In this document: positions 41,025 through 50,882 of the stretch, one piece after another
Position numbering within the stretch: the first letter of the stretch is position 1
Layout: each line of letters begins with the position of its first letter
Source of the DNA: a virus
Taxonomy: Duplodnaviria; Caudoviricetes
Strand: one strand, 5' to 3'
Length of the DNA: 64,000 bases
IMG/VR virus record: IMGVR_UViG_3300032038_000028
Coordinates: 32,001 to 96,000 of that record
Translations under genes and position numbers: made by a program
The notes under the pieces: generated by a model
Told to the model about the DNA's origin: nothing
Databases searched by the model: none
What the model saw: the letters and a program-made list of their open reading frames with translations, nothing else

Positions 41025-44000
41025 ATGATACCTTCCTTTCGTAGACAGTTGTCTACCTTTTGTGCATTAAAAAAGAACCGTTTACGGTTCCTGTTTGAGC
41101 CACGCTTCGATGGCGGATTGCGAATCGAACGTCATCGACTCGCCGGTCTCGGTGTTCTTGAAGAGGTAGGCCGTTTGCCGATGTCGTCCGACTGGCCGGG
41201 CCCGGAAGACCAGAACCCAGCCGCGCTTCAGCATTCGCTTTTCCAGGCGGAGCAGATGCTCCGGGTATTTATTGATTTCCATGGCTGTTCTCCTTCCGTC
41301 AGAAGCTCCGCGCCAGTGTTCCGTCCGGGTTGGTCAGGTAGCAGTACAGCCCATCCCGCAGGTTGTACCCGGCGACCTGAATGATGTGGTCTTCGTGGAT
41401 CCGCACCACGTTGATTCCCTTGACTCCCTTCAGCACGCCGCGATTCACGGCCGGGATCTGATTCCGCTTGGCGTAGATGCGCTTCGGGGGCTTGCTCAGT
41501 CCGGTGATGCCGGGCTTAAAGAGCTCGATCGCAATCATTTGGATTCTCCTTCCCACCACGGTTTCTCTTTCCGTCCACGCCAGCATCCATGTGCCGGGCA
41601 CCAGTCACAGCGCTCGTCATGCCCTTCATCAGCGGCATCCCAGTGGCAGAGCGTGCAGAGCATCGTCTTCCGTCCACAGGTGGGGCAGGTGACGGCATAG
41701 GTTTCCATGTCGTCGTCATCAATTACAATTGGGATATCGGTATCGCATTCCGGGCAGTACTCTCCGAAGTCGTAACCGGTTTCCTGTTCCGTTTTAACGT
41801 GGGTCATACGACGCTCCCTTCCGCCGTGAACGAGATCGTAACTTCCCCGCTCAGATCCGGCATGTCATAGAACAGACTGTTGGTTCCGCTGACCACTGCT
41901 CTGGTGTGGTTCTCGTTTACAGACATTCCGGTACGGAGCCACATGGCGTGGGTCAAAGCTTCAAACGCGTTCCGGGTGGCAGATGCAAAAGCTTCCTGTC
42001 CGCCGCCGATGTCTTCGACGACGTACTGCTCCACCATGGGGGAGTAAACATGGTCGCCGTTTTCAAAGTGCAGGACGGATCCCACCTGACCAAGGTCGCG
42101 CCGAATTCGGATTCCGGTTGTGGCGCCGTTGTCAACCATGAGTACCATTACAGCTCACCTTCTTCCAGCTCGAGCCCGTTCTTCTGCAGGATGGCGTTCA
42201 CCAGCATGGGCAGATTCTGATCCACCATGCGCTCGGCTTCCTGTTCCGCTTTGGCAGACTTGCGGGCGACTTCCTTCAGGAGAAGCTTGGTGCCGCTGAA
42301 GGCAACGAAACCTTCCATCATGACGCCGTTGCCGCAGGAGCGTCGTTCCACCGGGACGACCGTCAGATAGTAGCCGCGCCGCTCGTTCTTGTAGGTGAAC
42401 AGGTTCATGCCGCCAAGGCTGTAGGACATATCCACTTTCAGGTGGGTTGTGGTTCCGGCGTTGGGTTTCACTTTCAGATAACGTTTCATGGTTTACTCTC
42501 CTTCCATTTCTGCGTCCGCTCTGGCGATGATGTCTTCCAGATAGTAGCCGACCAGCTCCCCGAACAGAGTGCCGGCGGGTTCTGATTCCTGTGCAAGATT
42601 GATGATCGTATGGGCGGTGACTTCGGGAATGTGAGTCCACGTTTCATCGACCGCCTTGGCGATCGCGTTCATAAAGCAGTAGCACCAGTCGGGATTGCTC
42701 AGGCGGGATTTCATGTCGGGCATAGTTTATTCTCCTTCCTTCACGGGCTTCTTGCTGATGATGACGGTTGCGACGTCCTCGAGCCAGCCTTCCATCACAT
42801 CGAAGGTGCCGTCCGCTACATTTTGCTCGATGGCCTTGATGGCGGCGTCGTCGGTGCGTGCCCGGTGGCACATCCGATTAACCCAAGTTTCGCGCCGTTC
42901 CACTTCATATTCGTACATCGGTTCTTCTTCCACTTCATACTGGTCGATTATGCCGTACTTGTCATAGATGTACAGTCCGCCTTTATCGCAATCAATGCGG
43001 ATGTCGGTAATGGTTACCTTTCCGGTGGCACTGATTACGTAACGCTGAGCACTCAGGATGTGAAAATTTGCGCGCCGTTTCCCAGACATCACCCAGCTGT
43101 GCATAACTTTGAGATCTTCTATGTCCGACCAAAGGACCGGCTTTCCGCCGTAGGTCACAACGAGAACATATTTGATGTCGCTTTCCATTATTACTTCTCC
43201 TTCCGTCAATGGTCGAATTCCGGGAACCATCCTTCCCAGACAACGTTTTTGCAGATGTCTCCGAAGCGGAAGTGCTCGCCCGGTTCCCATCCGAAGTACC
43301 AGACGCGCTCTCCGTGCCAGTAGATCTCGGTGACGTCATCGTTCGTGCAGTCATCGAAGGCAATGATTTTGGAAACGTCGGTGAAAAACCGATCCGCTGA
43401 GACGTTGCTCGAGTATCCGTGAACGGTGACGATCCGCTCATCGGAGTCCGCGGTATCATGTTCCACTGCAAACAGGTTCAGCTTGGCGCCGATGCTTCTC
43501 ATGTTGGGTTCTCCTTCCGTCAGTAGATCCACAGGGCTTGCTCGAAGGTCTGCCCGTCCACTGTGACGTTAATGAGCCAGTCACCTTCCGCCGGGCGAAC
43601 GTATTCGTTGAGCCAGATTTCGGCGTCCGCTACGACGTGATGGATGCCGCTGCGGAATCCGATGAACCATGCCAGTGCGGCGACCAGCAGGACGGCGATC
43701 AGTTTTTTCATGCGTCATTCTCCTTCCATTCCAGCTTGTACACCCGGTGGGCGGTCGCTTCGGTGTCTACGATCCAGTACCGGCGAATGATTTTCGTTTC
43801 CCGATCCGGCGACACACTGGTCAACTGGGTCGGCAGGTAGCCGGCGTAGGTATAGCCGTACTCGGTGCGCTCCGTTCCGCCGAGATTCCGGAAGAACGGG
43901 ATGGCGTCGAAGATGTTGTGGTAGAATTCGTAGGAGATTTTGCGCACCGTTTCTGAGTCCGGCTTGGTCTTCCAGCTCTTGCCGGAAGTCGTGCGGGAGA

Positions 44001-44120
44001 AGCGCTGTTCCTTTTCCACTATGACGGCGTTCTCCAAATAGCTGCGGTTCATGCGAATGTTGCGGGTGGGATCAGACATAATTTACCTTCCTTTCTGGCT
44101 CCGTTGAGCCTGTACAATGT

Positions 44121-44180
44121 AGCCTGTCTCGTCAGTAACGGGCGGCCATTCCCGTCAGACCGCCCGAAGGCGGTTTCGAC
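44121..44180 (-). ncRNA. Type II hammerhead ribozyme HH1
   Basis: GUC-GAAA-CCGCC(UUCG)GGCGG-UC^UGACGGG(AAUGGCCG)CCCGUUA-CUGACGA-GAC-AGGCU. The catalytic core, three stems and a loop-I/3'-tail pseudoknot are all present. Confidence 0.9.
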
Positions 44181-44886
44181 AATTCGATTTCCTTTCCGGT
44201 TCCGTTTACCTTATGCGGTCTGCTCGGCGGCTTCGGCAGCCTTCTTCGCTTCCCGTTCCGCCCACCACCGTTCCGAGGCGATACGTTCCTGCTCGCGCCG
44301 CTCGGCATTCTCGTTCAAAATCTTTTCCTGTTCCGCGGGAGACACTTCGCCGACCAGCTTGTACACGTACAGCGTGTAGGCATCCTTGCCATTCTGCTGT
44401 TCCTCGTCCCACTCGTAACGGCGGGACGCCTTAATAATCTTATCGGGGGCCTTTTGGCCTGGTTTATACTGGTAACGTTTTATCAATTCGGGTTCCAGCG
44501 CGTAGTCGTCGAAGCTCTTGACGTGGCTCTGTTCGCACTCATAGCAGAGATCGTAGTCTTCGTAGGTCTGGCCGCAGTGGTCGCACACATACAGATTTTT
44601 CATTTTGATTTCCTTTCTGGTTCCGATGAACCTTAGTCCAGATCGTCCAATGTGAGAATGCCCATAGCCCAGAAGAGCTTCCAGAAGGTTTCCGAATTGG
44701 TTCTGATTCCGTTGGGCAGATGGATGTCGCAAACGGTGCTCCGCTGACGGTGCGAGCAATATTTGCTGTTCCGCGTGGTATATAGGGGTGTGATCTGATT
44801 CCCCTTGACGTAGGCGTAAAGCATGATTCGATTTCCTTTCCGGTTCCGTTGAACCTTTTGGGATCGTTTCGGGTTCCGTTTACCTA

Positions 44887-44925
44887 TGTGTATAATATGC
44901 AAGATTGTGTGTATAATTATGCATT
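44887..44925. promoter_or_regulatory. Tandem ARG-box-like sites
   Basis: tgTGtATaatATgCAag at 44887 (one nt short) and tgTGtATaattATgCAtt at 44908, 21 bp start to start. Confidence 0.55.
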
Positions 44926-45605
44926 TTGGAATCGATTCGGGTTCCGTTGAACCTTATGCAAGCTGTTCAGCTGCTTCCCGTTTCGCCCAAACGTGGTCTT
45001 GTGCATCGTAAACCTTGTTCCGCTGGTGCCACTTCAGGCGGTTGTCTCCGGCGTCCAGATCCACTGTGTAGGATCCGTCGTTGAAATCCACGAGCCGTCC
45101 GCCGACGAAATCGCCAGCGTCAGCCCAGACCTGATTCCCGTTCCGCATATAGAACTTAATGACTTCATCGCCGGATATGATGGTTACGTCCACCTTGACG
45201 ACGTCTTCGATCTTGACGCAATCCAGATAATGACGGTCGTTCCGATAATCCATTACGCATGCCAGTCCGTTGTGCTTTCCTTTGTAGGTGCTCATGATCC
45301 TATCTCCTTTCTGGTTCCGTTGAACCTATCAGAAAACCCGCATGTAAGGCTGTTCCGGTTCCGAGAGCTGAAGGTAGCAAGCAAGCTGACGCTTGACATA
45401 GAAATTCTCTTCCTCGTTGATCTTACCAACGATGAAGAGAATCAATTCCGATTCCAGTATATGCCCCTGCTTCCATTGGGCGATCTTCTCACGGATTTCT
45501 GCCTCTGCCAGAGCAAAGCGGGCGTTAGCATTCCGTTCCATCGTTTCTGTAATCTTCATTGTTATCTCCTTTCTGGTTCTGTTATGAACCTGTGCATAAA
45601 AATAC

Positions 45606-45665
45606 AGCCTGTCTCATCAGTAGCGGTAGGCTGGTTCCGCCAGACCGCCCGAAGGCGGTTTCGAC
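45606..45665 (-). ncRNA. Type II hammerhead ribozyme HH2
   Basis: GUC-GAAA-CCGCC(UUCG)GGCGG-UC^UGGCGG(AACCAGCCUA)CCGCUA-CUGAUGA-GAC-AGGCU. Loop AGCCU pairs with the 3' AGGCU, and stem I covaries with HH1. Confidence 0.92.
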
Positions 45666-46991
45666 TTCCATCAGCGGCGAGCGTCCCAATCGAAAAGGTA
45701 GCTGGTTCCGGTGGCCACTGCGACAAATTTGATGTGTCCGTCATTCGGAGCGTCGAAATGGACGAAGCTTTCCGCTTCCGCATAGGTCATTTCTTTTGTG
45801 GTGCTGGTTCCGTTCCAAGTCATGATCGTTACATTGCACTTTAAGTTTGCCATAGTGATACCTTCCTTTCTGTCGTTGAGTTATGAAAACCGGTTTCGAT
45901 TCCGGTTCCGCTCTTAATAAAAACGCCGTCCAGAGCGGGCGGCGAGCTTGCGAATGTTCCGTTTGAATTGTTTTGCCTGCCAGCGTTCGGCGCGTTCCTG
46001 CTGGATTCTGTCTCCGTCGAAGACGGCGTGCAGGAAATGCTGTTCCTTCACAAACTCGATGATGCAGGCTATCAGGTAGGCCAAGCAGAGGAGGGCAAAG
46101 GGGATAGCTGCAATGAGCCAGTTGGGCGGGAGCATAAGCATTTTCCTTTCTGATTCCGATATGGATTCTGGTTCCATCATCGCCTCTTGCGGCGATTTTT
46201 GGCATAAAAAAACCGCCCGAAGGCGGTTGGGTGCGGAAGCTGGGTTATTCGTAACAGTTGAAATACTCGAAATACAGGGTTACATACTGGTCATGCCGCT
46301 CGACGCGCACGCCGTCGGGGTGAATCGGCTCCTGAGCTGGAGCATCGTTAGACAGTACATCGTCAAAGCAGTCGCCCAAGTCGATGTCAGCAGACTCGGC
46401 TATGATGTTGATCTCCAAGATTTCGACGCCGTAATAGGCACGGGTCGTGTCAGTGGCTTTGTAGTGCTTTGCAACGACGTCATGGCGTTCGCTGACCTCG
46501 GGCTTGCCCATGGCCAAATTCATCACCTGCTGCCACTTGGCGGCAAACGACACTTCGTCAGGGAAATCGCCTTCAACAGGCGTCACGTTGTCGATGGTAC
46601 AGTTGAATTCTTCGTTGATATGCCTGCACAGACAGTCGATCTGTGTCAGCCTGCTTTCGACAGGTCTGGTCTTCGGTGGTAACTGCTCAGCGTCGTCAGT
46701 CTGCCGCCCTTTGTGCTTGAGCACATCGGCCCAACTGTCGATCACTGCCTGCGGAGCGCCCGCCATTTGCAGGGCACCAAGTTTCAGGTACACCTCAGAT
46801 GCGGGCGTTGTCTTAAAATCATCTCCTTCAAAATATCGTTGTGCGGCGTCAGGATCGCGCCACAGGTTGTAAAAGTGATAAGGGTCTTCATTGAACATTT
46901 TTCGGAACTCTTCTTTTTGCTCATCAGTCAGCTCAGAAGGGTCAAGGTCGTCAAGATATAGCATGCAGGTTATCACGCTCCCTTCGCTCAG

Positions 46992-47020
46992 AGTATAAAC
47001 GTTGTGACATGCGCTGTCAA
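46992..47020 (-). promoter_or_regulatory. Sigma-A promoter
   Basis: TTGACA-17 bp-TATACT upstream of 46245-46976. Confidence 0.75.
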
Positions 47021-47295
47021 GCGCGGTTACCTGTACTCATGCACCTCCCCATCAAAGTCGATCAGGAACGCGTCACCTTCGGCCCATACTTGGGCAGTGG
47101 CGGCGGCATGGCGTACACCTTGGGCGTAGGCGTTGTGAGCGATAACGGCGGCCAAGGCAAGCAGGGCAATGATCTTAAACAGTTTACGCATAAGGAAACC
47201 CCTTTCGCCCATAGCGTCTTCATGCGGACGCAAGCGGGCATATAAGCCGGGTATCAGGCCCCCGGCAGGCCGCAGGTATGGGAAGCGCGGGGAGC

Positions 47296-48138
47296 TTACT
47301 TCTCTTCGCGCCAGATCACGTCGTAGGCAACGCCGGACACTACATGGGAGAGGACGACGAACATCAGGTGCATGGTCTTCTCGGGCGTGCGGATGTGGGG
47401 CTTGCCAGTTTTGTCGTCAAGCCAGAACATGTACTGCATGAAGAAGCGGGCGTCTTCACGGCGGATGCGGTAACGGTTCTGCCCGTCGTCGCGCCCGGTC
47501 GTGTCGAACAGGATATTGTCGACGATCGTCTGCAGGCGCCTCATGATCTGGTTGATGGTCAGCTCTTCTGTCCATGCGTTCTTCTCGTTTTCGGTCATGT
47601 CACATACGTCGATCGGCTGACCGTCGTCAGTGTAGACGAGCATGTCCCCGGTCATGGCGAACGCATCGCGGAACTTCTGCATGTCGCACTTCAGGAGCTT
47701 GCACTCTGCCGCCGCCGCATACAGACGGGCGCGGTAGGTGCGGGAAGACCATTTCTGGTCGTGCATCAGGTCGCCGAGGTTAAGGTCGCTGTAGGTGCTT
47801 TCCAGAAGCTTCAGCCGGTAGGGCTCAGTGTCTTCGGTCTCGATCTCGACGTTCTTGATGCGGTCGGTGCCACTTTCCTTGGTGATCTTTCTGGTCGCGA
47901 GGCCAGAGAAGGAAAACGCTTTCGCGGCGGTTGCAACGACGTCTTCGCCGGCACAGATCGTCTCGTAGGCGTTCGTGCGGACCTTCTTGTTGTAATCGGC
48001 CAGAGCTTCACGCAGTTTCTTCTCGGCCGCATCAATGGCGACTTTGGTCACGGCGGGAGTGTTGGCAACCGTCTTGTAAGCGGTAGCGGCGGACTTGCAG
48101 TTGTTCATAGCGACGTTCAGTTCTTCAGCTGTGTACAT
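47296..48138 (-). CDS. Hypothetical protein, first gene of the leftward arm
   Basis: GGAGG RBS, 280 aa, typical codon usage. Confidence 0.75.
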   Translation of the reverse strand: MYTAEELNVAMNNCKSAATAYKTVANTPAVTKVAIDAAEKKLREALADYNKKVRTNAYETICAGEDVVATAAKAFSFSGLATRKITKESGTDRIKNVEIETEDTEPYRLKLLESTYSDLNLGDLMHDQKWSSRTYRARLYAAAAECKLLKCDMQKFRDAFAMTGDMLVYTDDGQPIDVCDMTENEKNAWTEELTINQIMRRLQTIVDNILFDTTGRDDGQNRYRIRREDARFFMQYMFWLDDKTGKPHIRTPEKTMHLMFVVLSHVVSGVAYDVIWREEK

Positions 48139-49246
48139 AGTGTACCTCCATGGCGCCAGTGGCGCAGTTTTTTAGCTCGGGCCGTCATCATTGCAGGCGG
48201 CGCGAACAGGGAGGCCCGGCCGATCGAAATCAGCAGGGCCTGAGGAAGTACTATATGCGCACGGCCGAAGCCGAGAATTTCGCATGGTTTAACACTTATG
48301 CCAGTTACTATGCGTATCGCCCACAAGCCGCTCCCAGATACTAAGAGCCAGTAACAGACAGGAGAGATGACAAACCTGCCCCATCGCGGACGATTCGCCA
48401 GTGCGCTGACACTTGGCGAGTAACGGCAACTTCGGTATGGTGCCACTACCAGATTGTACCCCCGTACTACACGAGCAGTCTGTACAGGTAGGCTGACCGC
48501 TTCACAGCGGACCACAGACGACCCCGCGCAAAAAATGCGACAGTTTCCCGTCTGCGATGCTCATGCCGCCCAGCCGCTATGCGACCGCGCGACACGAGCG
48601 CGAAACCCGCGCCGCGACCGCCGCGCCAACCGCGACCGCCGCGCGCTTTATTATCGCGCTCACAATGGACGGGAACGAGACCGAGAAAAAGTATGAACAA
48701 ACTGTGAACAAATTATGAACGAGAAAAAGAGTGAAAACGCGACCGCGACCGCCGCGCGGATACGCTGACGGTTGGAAAAGTAACACTTTCGTAACATGAT
48801 TTTTGATTTTTGATCAGAAAAGCGGGGAAATACTCACGCATAAAAAAAAGCCCGTCTTAAAATCGAGATGAAAATGCCTGTGAAATGAGGCGTTTTAACA
48901 TATGAACAGGCGCTCAGACTTAAAATCGACCAGATACGACAAAAAGAGCGAAAAAACGCCGAAAAACAGGCATTTTCCGGGCTATTTTTGATCAGGAAAC
49001 GCCATTTTCCCCGCCGTCAGAGGAAAAACGGTATAAATGTTACAAAAATGTAATAATTATATACAGAAAATGGATAAAAATACATATAAAACGGCAGTTT
49101 ATACATTGATATACATTGAAATTGTATAAAAAAATCTCAAAAAAATAGAGAAAATCGTCTGATCAGGCAGGAGAATTTCACTTTTTGTCGAATATGTATA
49201 GTGTAATTCAATACACCACACCACTACATGAAGGAGGAAACACACC

Positions 49247-50230
49247 ATGAAGAATTACATCACCAGCAACCCGGGCACCTTGTATCGCATCAGCATGAAC
49301 CGCGCGCGCGGCATCTTAAAACGCCTTTACGATCTGAAGGCCCACGGAGCAGATACCACCGCGCGCGCCCTGACCGTCGCGAAATTCATTGACGATCATT
49401 CAACCGCGCGATTTATCCGCGACACCCGCCGCGCCGCCCTGATTTATCATTTATCCCACATCAGCAACCCCACACCCGCCCACCGCGCGCGCCTTGAAAA
49501 GCTGACCGCCATCGACAACCGTATCAGCGCGCGCCCCGCCGTCAAGAGCGCGGCAACCGTCAAGGCCTATAAAGCACTGACTACCCACCGCGAAAAATTC
49601 CCCGCAATAGACACGCGCGGTATTGAATACCTGCCAGCGCGGACGGCCCTTGCCATGGTTATACGGAGCGCGGAAACCCGCCGCCACGTCGACCCCGCGC
49701 GCAACCCCTACCGCGACCCCATCAAACGAAACGATTTTTTACAAATCGCCGCCCTTGAGTATCAGACAGCTATTGCCCGGTCGACATTGCGCGCCGTCAC
49801 CCTGCCGGACGGTCGGACAGTCTACAATTTCAACGAGCTTAACCCGGTTGACTGTAAGCCCCTGACATACGCCGCGCGCGCCATCGAGCGCGCCGAGTAT
49901 CAGAGCCGCGCGCGCCGCATCGTCTACAAAGACGGCGAAGCGACCGCCGCCGCCCCGGTTGATGAATGTATCAGAACGAGGAAGCCCGCCCCGGAAATCC
50001 CGGAACACGACATCGACCGCGCGTTTGACGCAAAAGCTTTTCAGGCCGCCATGATTGACGCTATCAAAGCAGAGAACCGCCTAAACGAGAAACGCCGCGC
50101 CGTATTGATTGACATAGTAAAAGGGAAGCAGGAAAGCACCCCGCGCGACCGCGACTACTTGAAGCAAATCGGACTAAACGCCGGACTCGTGAAAAAGGGA
50201 ATCGGGAAGCACTTTTTAATCAACGATTGA
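49247..50230 (+). CDS. Hypothetical Arg/Ala-rich basic protein
   Basis: AAGGAGG RBS; 327 aa; followed by a terminator-like hairpin at ~50250-50289. Confidence 0.7.
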   Translation: MKNYITSNPGTLYRISMNRARGILKRLYDLKAHGADTTARALTVAKFIDDHSTARFIRDTRRAALIYHLSHISNPTPAHRARLEKLTAIDNRISARPAVKSAATVKAYKALTTHREKFPAIDTRGIEYLPARTALAMVIRSAETRRHVDPARNPYRDPIKRNDFLQIAALEYQTAIARSTLRAVTLPDGRTVYNFNELNPVDCKPLTYAARAIERAEYQSRARRIVYKDGEATAAAPVDECIRTRKPAPEIPEHDIDRAFDAKAFQAAMIDAIKAENRLNEKRRAVLIDIVKGKQESTPRDRDYLKQIGLNAGLVKKGIGKHFLIND

Positions 50231-50535
50231 CGAACGAGCGAGCGCGCCGCCGCCCCATCACAGGGACGGCGGATTTTTTGTGTTTTTTGGCATGGACGAA
50301 AAACCGCCCCACATAAAACCAGCATATTCAACCGCCGCGCCGCGCGTCTTTTCCTGCCGCCGTCAGCCGTCACCCGTCAGCGATGGACGCGCCGCCGCCC
50401 TGATCAGTACACCGCGCGCGCGGTTCGCTCTTCACCACAAACGCGAACCCCGCCCCGGCGGGAAGCCCATCCCCCGGCGGTTTTAAGGCATGGCAACCGC
50501 CAGAAAAATGGCTCGCCAGGTAAGCTCTTCCATCT

Positions 50536-50590
50536 TCCAACCCCGAAATCCAACCCCGAAATCCAAAGCCCGAAATTCAACCCCCGCCAC
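50536..50590 (+). repeat. Tandem ~13-bp repeats (TCCAACCCCGAAA) x4, degenerate
   Basis: TCCAACCCCGAAA TCCAACCCCGAAA TCCAAAGCCCGAAA TTCAACCCCCG. Confidence 0.8.
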
Positions 50591-50812
50591 AATCGCGCCC
50601 AATTTTCGTCACCAAATATTATTTTCAGCTTCACTATCTGTATACACACGATGACCACTGCCACACCGCGCTTTTGTATACATCCCAGACGAGCGGGCTG
50701 TTTATATTCACTTCCCGGATCCGCGCTTTACTGCTTTCAAAAAGCCGCTACGACAGCATTGCCAGACACCCGAAAATCACACAAAAATCCCTGATGTATC
50801 AGGCCAAAACGC

Positions 50813-50841
50813 TTGACTTCACAGGCCCGTCGTGGTATAAT
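50813..50841 (+). promoter_or_regulatory. Sigma-A promoter of the second recombinase
   Basis: TTGACT-17 bp-TATAAT with a TG extension. Confidence 0.8.
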
Positions 50842-50882
50842 AAAGGTGCCCTGAAGGGGCCACTACAGAAGGGGGATTACGG

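Larger units (their letters stand above)
44088..45591 (-). repeat. Start-associated repeat AGGTTCAACGGAACC(A/G)GAAAGGA, 8 full or partial copies
   Basis: Copies at ~44088, 44189, 44610, 44833, 44871, 44939, 45304 and 45566, mostly between a stop codon and the next RBS. Confidence 0.85.
29899..46230 (-). terminator. Series of intrinsic terminators inside the leftward array (~29899, 30976, 38891, 39999, 41066, 45914, 46203)
   Basis: GC hairpins followed by U-tracts on the minus strand, e.g. AACCGCC-TTCG-GGCGGTTTTTTT at 46203-46228. Confidence 0.65.
28346..48138 (-). other. Leftward array of ~50 small, mostly acidic hypothetical genes (early/accessory region)
   Basis: Tightly packed minus-strand ORFs with GAAAGGAG/GGAGG RBSs, e.g. 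28513-28923, 29272-29490, 31653-31955, 33649-34179, 36401-36922, 39224-39565, 42148-42489, 43708-44079, 46245-46976. Confidence 0.8.

Noticed and set aside
44088-45591. Repeat array as a CRISPR array
   Set aside because: Spacing is irregular (tens to hundreds of bp), the spacers are genes, the repeats contain SD sequences, and there is no cas operon. The Cas4-like nuclease sits in a recombination module.
46203-46230. Third hammerhead (same CCGCC-UUCG-GGCGG hairpin)
   Set aside because: It lacks the CUGANGA and GAAA core and is followed by a U-tract, so it is a terminator.
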